A stretch of 24,000 nt of DNA, taken from Methanoculleus sp. GTDB lineage: Archaea; Halobacteriota; Methanomicrobia; Methanomicrobiales; Methanoculleaceae. A program made the translations under genes and the position numbers. Of the stretch, positions 14,722 through 22,333 are shown piece by piece. The notes beneath the pieces were generated by a model that saw only the letters and a program-made list of their open reading frames with translations, was not told where the DNA came from and searched no databases. The stretch lies in the NCBI RefSeq assembly GCF_018433835.1, contig NZ_JAHDQM010000043.1. One strand, 5' to 3'. Positions within the stretch are counted from its first letter, which is position 1. Every line of letters starts with the position of its first letter.

Positions 14722-15786
14722 ATGGACTACATTCAACCAAGACCGAGTTCTATCGTCGCGGCGCTCTACACCGCCCGCGACCTGGGGGTGGACGTGGCGA
14801 TCCTCCACGGCCCGTCGGGCTGTTCGTTCAAGCACGCCCGTCTCCTCGAGGAGGACGGCATGCGGGTGCTGACGACCTCGCTCGCCGACAACGAGTTCAT
14901 CTTCGGGGGACACGAGCCCCTTATGCGGGTGCTCCGCTACGCGGAGGAGACGTTTGCGCCCCGCCGGATGGCGGTCGTCGGGACGTGTGTTTCGATGATC
15001 ATCGGCGAAGACCTCCAGTCCGCGATCCACGACGCAGGGGTCGCGACGCCGGCGATCGCCGTGGATATCCACGCAGGGTTCCGGGAAAACATCGACGGGG
15101 TGCTTGCGACGCTCGAGCCGGCGGCCGATGCCGGCTGGATCAGCGCCGACGAACTGGAGCGCCAGCACTACCTGTTAGCAAAGGCAAACGAGGTGGAGCG
15201 GCTGCGGGGGGCGGCGTCCCGGAACTACATCGAGCCGACGCGCGGCGACCTCAAGCACGTCGCGGCACAGCGCCTCGTGGAGCTCGCCGACTCCGGTGCT
15301 ACGGGTGTTGCGGTCATGAACGCGAAGAAAGAGACTGCCTATATGTTCGCCGACGAACTCCTCGCCCTCCACGACGCCTGCCCTGACGCCGCCGTCACCT
15401 ACCTCGCAAACCTCGAAGACCGCGGCCTCCCGAAGGTCCGGGGGGATGCTGCCCGGATCCTCGCCGGGATGCGAGGGTGCGGAGTCGACCCCGGACTCCT
15501 CGGGGCGCTCGACGAGTACGGGGCAAACGGCCCCGCGATCGGGGAGCGGATCCGGGAGCTCGAACCGGACTTCGCCCTCCTCGTCGGTGTTCCGCACGCC
15601 GTCCCGCCGGAGTACACGGAAGGCATCGAGGTATTCTCGATCACGAACGGTCCCCGGCAGGTGGAGCCGCTCCGGGAGATGGGGCACCGGCACGTCATGG
15701 TCGAGATCGATCTGCACCCGAAAACCCTCGGCGTCCGGGATATCGTCGAGAGCGAGTTCGGGGCGGTCCTGCGGAGCATGCGATGA
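14722..15786 (+). CDS. cfbD: Ni-sirohydrochlorin a,c-diamide reductive cyclase subunit CfbD (NifD/NflD-like)
   Basis: MDYIQPRPSSIVAALYTARDLGVDVAILHGPSGCSFKH.. is a nitrogenase-component-1-like N-terminus with the cluster-ligand Cys. The stop overlaps the cfbB ATG as ATGA (15783-15786). Confidence 0.85.
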   Translation: MDYIQPRPSSIVAALYTARDLGVDVAILHGPSGCSFKHARLLEEDGMRVLTTSLADNEFIFGGHEPLMRVLRYAEETFAPRRMAVVGTCVSMIIGEDLQSAIHDAGVATPAIAVDIHAGFRENIDGVLATLEPAADAGWISADELERQHYLLAKANEVERLRGAASRNYIEPTRGDLKHVAAQRLVELADSGATGVAVMNAKKETAYMFADELLALHDACPDAAVTYLANLEDRGLPKVRGDAARILAGMRGCGVDPGLLGALDEYGANGPAIGERIRELEPDFALLVGVPHAVPPEYTEGIEVFSITNGPRQVEPLREMGHRHVMVEIDLHPKTLGVRDIVESEFGAVLRSMR

Positions 15787-17153
15787 AGTCCTTCCTCGTC
15801 GCCGGCGACCGCTCCGGGAGCGGGAAGACGAGCATCACCCTCGCGCTCTCGGCCCTCCTCTCCACCACCCGGACCGTCCAGACCTTCAAGGTGGGGATGG
15901 ACTACATCGACCCGTCCTACCTCGCGGGGGTGACAGGAAGGCCCTGCCGGAACCTGGACGGCTACGTGATGAGCCCGGGCGAGGTCCGGGCGGTCTTTGC
16001 GCACGGCTGCCGGGGAGCGGATATCGCCGTCGTCGAGGGAGTGCGGGGGCTCTTTGAGGGCGCAGAGGCGCTCACCGACCTCGGGAGCACCGCTGCTATC
16101 GCGAAGCAGCTCGACCTGCCGGTCGTTCTGGTCATCAACGCCCGGAGCATCACCCGGAGCGCTGCGGCGATCGTGAAGGGCTTTCAGGCGTTCGACCCGG
16201 ACGTTGACATACGGGGTGTCATCTTAAACAACGTCACCGGGACCCGCCACCGGGAGAAGGCGGTCCGTGCGATCGAGCACTACTGCGGTATTCCCGTCGT
16301 CGGCACCATCCCCCGGACGGCGGAGATGGAGCTTGCGATGCGCCACCTCGGCCTCGTCCCCTACCGGGAAGGGCAGGAAAACGGGGGGTTCCTGGAACGG
16401 ATCGACGTGATCAAGCAGAAGATCGGCGAGCACGTCGACGCGGGCGCCCTGCTCGCGCTCGCCGCGGATGTCGAGCAGCCGGCGGAGGAGAGTTCCATGT
16501 ATGCGGCTGCAGGCGATCCTGACGTCCGGATCGGCGTTGCGCTCGATGAGGCATTCAACTTCTACTACGCCGATCTCTTCGACGTGCTCTCGTCGTGCGG
16601 TGCGGAGGCGGTCCCGTTCTCCCCGATCCACGATACCCTGCCGGAGGCCGACGGCTACATCCTCGGCGGCGGCTACCCGGAGCTCTTCGGCCGTGAACTC
16701 GAGGCGAACACCGCGATGCGGGAGGGGCTCCGCGAGGCCTCCCGGAACGGCACGCCGATCTATGCGGAGTGCGGGGGGCTCATCTACCTCACCGACCGGA
16801 TGGTCCTCGCCCCGGGATTCATGGACGCGGATACGGAGAGGGTCTACGAACTCGCCGGGGTATTTTCGGGCGAAACCCGGATGCCGGCCCGTCGGATGCT
16901 CGGTTACGTGGTGGGGACGAGCGCGGCGGGGAGCCCCATGGGCGAGGCGGCCTTCCGCGGCCACGAGTTCCACTACAGCAGCGTCCGCCTCGCGCCGGAG
17001 ACCCGCTACGCCTACCGGCTGAGCCGGGGAAGCGGGATCCGGGACGGCTTCGACGGTGCGGTCCGGGACCGGACACTCGGGAGTTATACGCACCTCCACC
17101 CGGTGGCGAGCAGAGGGATGCTCGCGCACTTCGTGGACTGCTGCCGGGATTGA
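15783..17153 (+). CDS. cfbB: Ni-sirohydrochlorin a,c-diamide synthase CfbB (CbiA/CobB family amidotransferase)
   Basis: MKSFLVAGDRSGSGKTSITLAL.. is the CbiA P-loop. The C-terminal glutamine amidotransferase domain has PIYAECGGLIYL (nucleophile Cys) and GHEFHYS. The ORF-track start at 15477 is an out-of-context extension inside cfbD. Confidence 0.9.
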   Translation: MKSFLVAGDRSGSGKTSITLALSALLSTTRTVQTFKVGMDYIDPSYLAGVTGRPCRNLDGYVMSPGEVRAVFAHGCRGADIAVVEGVRGLFEGAEALTDLGSTAAIAKQLDLPVVLVINARSITRSAAAIVKGFQAFDPDVDIRGVILNNVTGTRHREKAVRAIEHYCGIPVVGTIPRTAEMELAMRHLGLVPYREGQENGGFLERIDVIKQKIGEHVDAGALLALAADVEQPAEESSMYAAAGDPDVRIGVALDEAFNFYYADLFDVLSSCGAEAVPFSPIHDTLPEADGYILGGGYPELFGRELEANTAMREGLREASRNGTPIYAECGGLIYLTDRMVLAPGFMDADTERVYELAGVFSGETRMPARRMLGYVVGTSAAGSPMGEAAFRGHEFHYSSVRLAPETRYAYRLSRGSGIRDGFDGAVRDRTLGSYTHLHPVASRGMLAHFVDCCRD

Positions 17154-17170
17154 CGGGTCGCAGGCAATAG

Positions 17171-17175
17171 TTTTT
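17171..17175 (+). terminator. Oligo-T tract downstream of cfbB
   Basis: A T5 run 18 nt after the TGA at 17151-17153. A second T5 run at 17209-17213 lies in the loop of the first hairpin repeat. Archaeal termination typically uses oligo-T. Confidence 0.4.
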
Positions 17176-17180
17176 CGAAA

Positions 17181-17255
17181 CTTCGCGTTCTTCGCGGCTT
17201 CGCGTGAGTTTTTCGGTACAGAGGGGCAGTACAGCCTCACGCGAAGAGCGCGAAG
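17181..17255 (+). repeat. Hairpin repeat unit 1 built from CTTCGCG/CGCGAAG heptamers
   Basis: CTTCGCG occurs at 17181, 17190 and 17198; CGCGAAG at 17240 and 17249. Pairing is 17198-17208 with 17236-17246 (11 bp, perfect) and 17190-17196 with 17249-17255 (7 bp). The apical loop is 27 nt. Confidence 0.7.
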
Positions 17256-17281
17256 ATTGGTAGATAGGTAGAGCAACGCCC

Positions 17282-17337
17282 CTTCGCGGCCTCGTGTGAG
17301 TTAATTGGTGAGGATAACGGCACGGCCTCACGCGAAG
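17282..17337 (+). repeat. Hairpin repeat unit 2, a diverged copy about 92 bp downstream of unit 1
   Basis: CTTCGCGGCCTCGTGTGAG (17282-17300) differs from unit 1 (17190-17208) at 2 positions. GCCTCACGCGAAG (17325-17337) is identical to 17234-17246. The stem 17292-17300/17327-17335 keeps pairing through one G:U. Confidence 0.65.
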
Positions 17338-17359
17338 TTACCCCGCTTGCCACCCCACT

Positions 17360-17368
17360 CTTTTATCC
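17360..17368 (+). promoter_or_regulatory. TATA-like box for the GGR-family gene
   Basis: CTTTTATCC is centred 30 nt upstream of ATG 17394 with no Shine-Dalgarno sequence between, so the mRNA is probably leaderless. Confidence 0.4.
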
Positions 17369-17393
17369 CCTCTCGCTCCTCACAGACGCACCG

Positions 17394-18476
17394 ATGCAAA
17401 ACCGATGCGACGTGGTCGTCGTCGGTGCGGGCCCCGCCGGCAGCACCGCCGCACGCTACGCGGCGGAGTCGGGACTCGACGTCCTCCTGATCGATAAGCG
17501 CAAAGTTATCGGCGTTCCCGTCTGCTGCGGGGAGTTCAACGCATCGCCGGCGGTCCTTGCGGAAGCGCTCCCGAGCGCCCCCGGGCTCGACGAACTCTTC
17601 CCCGTCGACCCCGGGCTCGTCCGGCGGAGGATCCGGTGCGCCGTCGCCGTCTCCCCCGGCGGCCGGGAGTACGAGTTCGATCTTGGTGGCTACACCGTTG
17701 ACCGGGACGCGTTCGACCGGCACCTCGCGGATACGGCCGTCCGTGCGGGCGCCGTGCTCTCGCCGGATACGAAGTTCCTCAGCCGGGAAGGCCGCCGGGT
17801 CACGACCAGCAGGGGCGACGTCGAGGCCGGCGTCGTGGTCGCCGCAGACGGCCCGCTCTCCCCTGTCTGCCGCTCGGCCGGGATGGAGCGGAGCGCCGTG
17901 CTCGCCCCCGCGATCACCTGCAGGGTGGAGGGGGAGTTCGGAGACCGCCTGAAGCTCTTCTTCGGAAACCGCGTTGCCCCGGGAGGGTATGCATGGATCT
18001 TCCCCAAACAGGGATGTGCAAACGTCGGGCTCGGCGTGCAGAAGAAAAGCACCCCGGTTCCCGTTCTCCTGAGAGCGTTCCTCTCGCAAAGCGGCTTTTC
18101 CGCCCGGGACGTTCAGGCGGGGTTCGTCCCCGTCTCCGGCCCCATCGGCAAGACCGTCCGTGAGAACGTCCTCGCCGTCGGCGACGCCGCGGGCCATGTC
18201 GTCGCCTCTAACGGAGGGGGTATTGCGCCCGCAATGATCTGCGGGAGGCTCGCCGGGCTTGCTGCGGCACGCCACCTGCTGCACGGCGAGCCCCTCCGGG
18301 CCTACGAGCGGGAGTGGCGGTCGGCGATAGGCCGGGAACTTCTCGCCGCCGCAAGAACGAAGAGGATGGCCGACCGGGTTTTCGGCTCCGACTTCCTGCT
18401 CGAGAGGGCCATGAGCCTGCTCGGCGGCCACGGCATCAGAAACGCAATCGTCTTTGGCGGTCTCCGGGGACGCTGA
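17394..18476 (+). CDS. Geranylgeranyl reductase family FAD-dependent oxidoreductase
   Basis: It has the Rossmann motif DVVVVGAGPAGSTAARYAAESGLDVLLIDK, then PVCCGEF, GGYAWIFPK and AVGDAAGHV, typical of archaeal GGR/ChlP-family proteins. Confidence 0.85.
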   Translation: MQNRCDVVVVGAGPAGSTAARYAAESGLDVLLIDKRKVIGVPVCCGEFNASPAVLAEALPSAPGLDELFPVDPGLVRRRIRCAVAVSPGGREYEFDLGGYTVDRDAFDRHLADTAVRAGAVLSPDTKFLSREGRRVTTSRGDVEAGVVVAADGPLSPVCRSAGMERSAVLAPAITCRVEGEFGDRLKLFFGNRVAPGGYAWIFPKQGCANVGLGVQKKSTPVPVLLRAFLSQSGFSARDVQAGFVPVSGPIGKTVRENVLAVGDAAGHVVASNGGGIAPAMICGRLAGLAAARHLLHGEPLRAYEREWRSAIGRELLAAARTKRMADRVFGSDFLLERAMSLLGGHGIRNAIVFGGLRGR

Positions 18477-18490
18477 CGGGTGCCGGGCTG

Positions 18491-18532
18491 CGCTCGGGGG
18501 GATGAGGACCCAAATCCTTATCCCCCCGGGCG
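18491..18532 (+). promoter_or_regulatory. Very stable hairpin (18-bp stem, 6-nt loop) between the GGR stop and the ATP-cone start
   Basis: Hand-paired 18491-18508 with 18515-18532, giving 16 Watson-Crick pairs plus 2 G:U pairs and the loop CCCAAA. The G:U pairs only work on the + strand RNA. The hairpin ends 6 nt before ATG 18539, and no oligo-T follows. Confidence 0.6.
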
Positions 18533-18538
18533 AGCCCG

Positions 18539-18847
18539 ATGTCATACCACCGGGAGGTGATTGAATTGGTCGATGTGGTCAAACTTGACGGTAGAAGAGA
18601 GCCGTTCGTGCGGGAGAAGGTAACCGTAAGTGCGCTCAAATCAGGAGCGCCGCCGAAAGAGGCCAGGGCGATCGGGGAAGCCATCGAGCAGGTCGCCTAC
18701 GACGGGATACCCTCCGGCGAGATCCGGCGGCGTGTGCTCGAGCAGCTCCGCGACCGGAACCCGGAGTGGGAGGAGAACTGGCTCATGTACGACCGTGCCG
18801 TGAAGAAACGCGGGGTGGAGGCGGTTGCAGGGGTTCCTGCCCTCTGA
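18539..18847 (+). CDS. Stand-alone ATP-cone domain protein (102 aa)
   Basis: VVKLDGRREPFVREKVTVSALKSG...GIPSGEIRRRVLEQLRDRNPEW fits the ATP-cone pattern (K.dG..E.F...K...s......i.t.eI...V...L). Confidence 0.65.
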   Translation: MSYHREVIELVDVVKLDGRREPFVREKVTVSALKSGAPPKEARAIGEAIEQVAYDGIPSGEIRRRVLEQLRDRNPEWEENWLMYDRAVKKRGVEAVAGVPAL

Positions 18848-18854
18848 TCTCGTC

Positions 18855-18866
18855 TCTTTTTTCTAT
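18855..18866 (+). terminator. Oligo-T terminator after the ATP-cone gene
   Basis: TCTTTTTTCTAT includes a T6 run at 18857-18862, which starts 10 nt after the TGA at 18845-18847. Confidence 0.55.
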
Positions 18867-19233
18867 CTGGATACAATGCCGCGTTTTTCATCGGTTCAGC
18901 ATGAGGCGACATCCTGGCAACCTGCCGGGAGTCCGGATAACTCTCGATTGGGGTCGTAGCCGCCAGAGCAGGACGGTCGACCGCCCGTTTCCATCCGCCC
19001 GGTGCGAAACTATATCTACTGATCCGCGCCCATAATTGTCTTATATTGTCCTATGGCGCCAGGAAATCGAAGAATGAGAACGGCTATTAAATGGCCGCTT
19101 TCGGTTCCGTCACACAACCCGGGCCCATTCGGCAATCAGCATCAGCAGATTGACACGATGTCCCACCCGCCTTCCAAGCGTTCCCCGATTGCACAGGGAA
19201 CCCGCGGCGTGGGCACGCCAGCAGGCGATATGT

Positions 19234-20655
19234 ATGCCGACAAGCGACTCAGAAGACGATACACCCTCAAGTAGTAACCAGAAAGAAACAGAAGGAACAA
19301 AGATACTCCTCGCCGATCCGAAGACCGCGATCCTCCGGCTGTCCCTGCCGATGATGATCGCGATGACCCTCATGACCCTCTACAACGTCGTCGACGCGTT
19401 CTGGGTTTCGGGCCTCGGTGCAGACGCTCTTGCCGCCGTCGGGTTCTCATTCCCGCTCTTCATAATAACCATCGGGTTAGCGAGCGGGCTCGGGACCGGG
19501 GGGGAAGCGGCTCTCTCGCGGATGATCGGCGCCCGCGACAGGGACGGCGCGAGCAGCGTCGCCATGCACACCATCCTCCTGATGACCGTCCTTGCCGTCG
19601 CCGTCACCATCCCGCTCTCCCTCTTCGCCGGGGACCTCTTCATCCTCATGGGGGCGGGCAGCGCCGTCTGCCCTGCCACCGAGTATGCCAGGATACTCTT
19701 CATGGGGACGTTCGCCCTCCTCTTCGGAGAGGTCGCCTACGCGCTCATGCACGGGGAAGGAGACGCAAAGCGGACCATGTACGCCATGGGGGCAGGAGCG
19801 GCGGCAAACATCGTCCTCGACCCGGTCCTGATATACACGTTCGATATGGGGATCGCCGGCGCAGCCTGGGCGACCATCCTTGCCGAGGTCATCGCCGCCG
19901 TCCCGATGGTCTACTGGCTCTTCGTGAAACGGAACACCTACGTCTCCATCCGCCTCCGGGAATTCTCCCCCGATCCCGCAGTCGTGCGGGACGTCCTGCA
20001 GGTCGGCCTCCCCGCCGCAGCCGAGCAGCTGGCCCTCGCACTGATGGCCCTGGTATTAAACGGCGTCATCGTCCTGATATCGAGCACCGACGCCGTCGCG
20101 GTCTACTCGGTCGGGTGGCGGGTCGTGAACATCGGCTTAACACCGATCCTCGCCATATCATCGGCGGTGGTCGCGGTCACCGGCGCCACCTACGGGGCCC
20201 GGGCGTATACGAAGATGGAGTCCGCACTCCGTTTCGCCGCGAGACTCGGGCTCGGCATCGGGCTCGGCATCGCCGCAGCCACGTTTGCCTTTGCTCCCCG
20301 GATTGCCGCAATCTTCACGGCATCGGGCGACGCTGCCGGGATCGCCCCGGAGTTGACGACGTACCTCCGGGTCATGAGCCTCGTCTACCCCATGGTCGGG
20401 TTCGGGCTCTTCTCGGCGTCGTTCTTCCAGGGGACCGGGCTTGGCGCACGCTCTCTTACGATCACGGTCATGCAGAACGTGGTTCTCTCGATCTTCCTGG
20501 TCTGGGTATTTGCAATCGAACTCGGGCTCGGCCTCTCCGGCATCTGGTGGGGGGTTGCCGCAGGGAACGCGATCGGCGCGATGCTCGGGTATGTCTGGGC
20601 ACGCCGGTATTCGGCAGGGCTCATCGTCAGGCAGGCTGCAGCGACGGCGGTGTGA
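19234..20655 (+). CDS. MATE family efflux transporter
   Basis: ILRLSLPMMIAMTLMTLYNVVDAFWVSGLG is the MATE N-terminal signature. The protein is about 12 hydrophobic segments long with two internally similar halves. ATG 19234 is preferred over TTG 19150. Confidence 0.9.
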   Translation: MPTSDSEDDTPSSSNQKETEGTKILLADPKTAILRLSLPMMIAMTLMTLYNVVDAFWVSGLGADALAAVGFSFPLFIITIGLASGLGTGGEAALSRMIGARDRDGASSVAMHTILLMTVLAVAVTIPLSLFAGDLFILMGAGSAVCPATEYARILFMGTFALLFGEVAYALMHGEGDAKRTMYAMGAGAAANIVLDPVLIYTFDMGIAGAAWATILAEVIAAVPMVYWLFVKRNTYVSIRLREFSPDPAVVRDVLQVGLPAAAEQLALALMALVLNGVIVLISSTDAVAVYSVGWRVVNIGLTPILAISSAVVAVTGATYGARAYTKMESALRFAARLGLGIGLGIAAATFAFAPRIAAIFTASGDAAGIAPELTTYLRVMSLVYPMVGFGLFSASFFQGTGLGARSLTITVMQNVVLSIFLVWVFAIELGLGLSGIWWGVAAGNAIGAMLGYVWARRYSAGLIVRQAAATAV

Positions 20656-20675
20656 AACTCCCGGGTATGGGGAGA

Positions 20676-22283
20676 TCAATCCTCATATCCGTCGCCTCCG
20701 CCATGCACCACTTCGCGCAGCGTGAACCGGAAAGATGCCCCGAGGTCCGGCCTCCCCTCCACCCGGTCCTCAACCCAGATCCGGCCGCCGTAGCGCTCGA
20801 TCAGCATCCCGACGATGTAGAGGCCGAGCCCTTCCCCGCACCCCCCGTTCCTGCCCTGGCTGAAGCGGTGGAAGACTGCCTCCTTCGTCTCGTCGGGGAT
20901 GCCGGGGCCGGTATCCTCCACGGTCACCACCACCGTGTGGTCCTCTTCGGGATAGTCCTCCACCCGGATCGCGATCCAAGCGTCCGGGCCGCCGAACTTG
21001 ACAGCGTTCCCGATGAGGTTCGTAAAGATCTCGGGAAGCAGGTCGTCGGCCCAGACCTCCGCCGACGTATCCTCGAAAGAGACGCCCGTTTCCGGGGTAC
21101 GGGCGAGCGACGCCCTGACCACGTGGCTGAGGTGGACCGGTTCAAGGTCGGACGGCTCCTGGTGAATGCGGCGGATGGTCGAGACGTTCTGGAGGATGCC
21201 GGTGCTCTTGCGGACACTGTCCTTGAGTTTCCTTGCATACTGCGCGGCGTCTCCCTCCAGCACATCAAGCAGGAGGTCGCAGTAGAGGTTCGCGACGTTC
21301 TCCGCGTTCTTGATGTCGTGGGTCATGACGTCCAGGTAGAGGTTCGTCTCGCGGTGGGCTGCCTCCAGCCGCTTGTGGAGCATGCTCCGGAGGACGCCTG
21401 AGCCGATCTCCCTCCCGATCGCCTCGAGAAGACGGCGTTCCTCGTCCCGGATTCCTTCCCTCTTCCTGCTCCCGAGAAAGAGCGCACCGACCACGACCGA
21501 CTCCGCGAGGATCGGGATGCAGGCGAGGGCACAGACCTCGAGTGACGAGAGGATCTCTTCTTCGATCGTACCGCCCTCGCCTTGCAGTTCGAGATAGCGC
21601 GGCTGTCCGGCAACGAAGACGAAATTCCAGGGCCAGTGATGGACTTTGATAGCCCTGTTGCGGGCGAGGTAGGTCTTCGGGACGGCGTGGTGGTAGCGCG
21701 TGAGTGCCAGTGTCCGCTCCGGGTTTAAGAGGTAGGTCAGTCCCAGGTCGAAGCCAAGCAGTTCCAGGGTCTTTGAGAGCGACGCCTCGAGCAGTTCGTC
21801 GAGCGAGAGGGACGACGCGGATACTCCCATGATCTGGTTGAGGACCAGGAGTTGCCTGTTCGAGGAGAGCAGTCCTTCGTCCGTCGGTTTCCGTTCGGTG
21901 ACGTCCCGCATGCCGAGCACCCACATCCCTGCGAACGGTTCCCGCTTTATCCTCCGGCTGGAGTAGACGATCCGCCGTTCTTCTCCCCGGGAGTTCTGCA
22001 CCAGGAGGTCGAGACCGGGTATCTCGCTCCCGTCACGCACCGTGGCGAGGAGTCGCCCGGCATCTTCTCTCCCCTGCAGAAGCGGCACCAGGTGCGTGTC
22101 GAGAACCTGGCAGGCGTCGCATCCCAGGATCTCCTCCTCGCGTGCCGAGAGGATATCCATGGCATAGGTGTTTGCCCAGGTCACCTGCATATCCCGGTCG
22201 AGCACGAGGGTGCCTACGCCGGGCTCGTCAAGGATCTGAAACGTCTTTCGTAATTGGGTAGATCCCGAATTCGCTCTGCTCAT
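20676..22283 (-). CDS. Soluble PAS-GAF sensor histidine kinase
   Basis: The order is a PAS-like N-terminus (..VTWANTYAMDIL..MRDVTERK), a GAF-like middle, the H-box LDVMTHDIKN, then the HATPase_c N/G boxes NLIGNAVKF, DTGPGIP and GLGLYIV. There are no TM segments. ATG 22283 is preferred over the ORF-track start at 22415. Confidence 0.9.
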   Translation of the reverse strand: MSRANSGSTQLRKTFQILDEPGVGTLVLDRDMQVTWANTYAMDILSAREEEILGCDACQVLDTHLVPLLQGREDAGRLLATVRDGSEIPGLDLLVQNSRGEERRIVYSSRRIKREPFAGMWVLGMRDVTERKPTDEGLLSSNRQLLVLNQIMGVSASSLSLDELLEASLSKTLELLGFDLGLTYLLNPERTLALTRYHHAVPKTYLARNRAIKVHHWPWNFVFVAGQPRYLELQGEGGTIEEEILSSLEVCALACIPILAESVVVGALFLGSRKREGIRDEERRLLEAIGREIGSGVLRSMLHKRLEAAHRETNLYLDVMTHDIKNAENVANLYCDLLLDVLEGDAAQYARKLKDSVRKSTGILQNVSTIRRIHQEPSDLEPVHLSHVVRASLARTPETGVSFEDTSAEVWADDLLPEIFTNLIGNAVKFGGPDAWIAIRVEDYPEEDHTVVVTVEDTGPGIPDETKEAVFHRFSQGRNGGCGEGLGLYIVGMLIERYGGRIWVEDRVEGRPDLGASFRFTLREVVHGGGDGYED

Positions 22284-22319
22284 ATGAGTATCTTGCCCCC
22301 TTGAAGTTATTATCTTGTA

Positions 22320-22333
22320 AAAAATATATAAAC
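22320..22333 (-). promoter_or_regulatory. TATA box for the histidine kinase gene
   Basis: The minus strand reads GTTTATATATTTTT, centred about 44 nt upstream of ATG 22283. Confidence 0.45.

Noticed and set aside
15477-15782. N-terminal extensions offered by the ORF track: cfbB from 15477, and also 656, 1539, 6883, 8904, 10798, 11553, 13107, 19150 and 22415
   Set aside because: The extensions are Arg/Pro-rich or overlap the preceding gene out of frame. Conserved family N-termini begin at the internal ATGs I chose, several of which form ATGA or short overlaps typical of coupled genes.
17181-17337. Possible CRISPR array
   Set aside because: There are only two units. Each is an internally palindromic hairpin rather than a repeat-spacer alternation, the period is about 92 bp with partly homologous 'spacers', and there are no cas genes in the window.
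16224-18545. Long minus-strand ORFs (16224-17276 and 17328-18545) antisense to cfbB and the GGR gene; likewise 20115-21401 (+) antisense to the kinase and 1548-2381 (-)
   Set aside because: These are shadow ORFs with low-complexity Arg/Pro/Gly/Asp composition. The opposite strand carries well-supported enzymes in each case.
18951-19015. tRNA-like 5' end (GGGGTCGTAGCCGCC..)
   Set aside because: An acceptor/D-arm-like beginning can be drawn, but there is no anticodon stem, no T-arm (GTTCRAATC-like) and no complementary 3' acceptor strand on either strand.
18848-19233. Known riboswitch (fluoride/crcB or guanidine class) in the MATE leader
   Set aside because: I could not find the conserved core sequences of these classes by eye. 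I left it as an unclassified long leader only.
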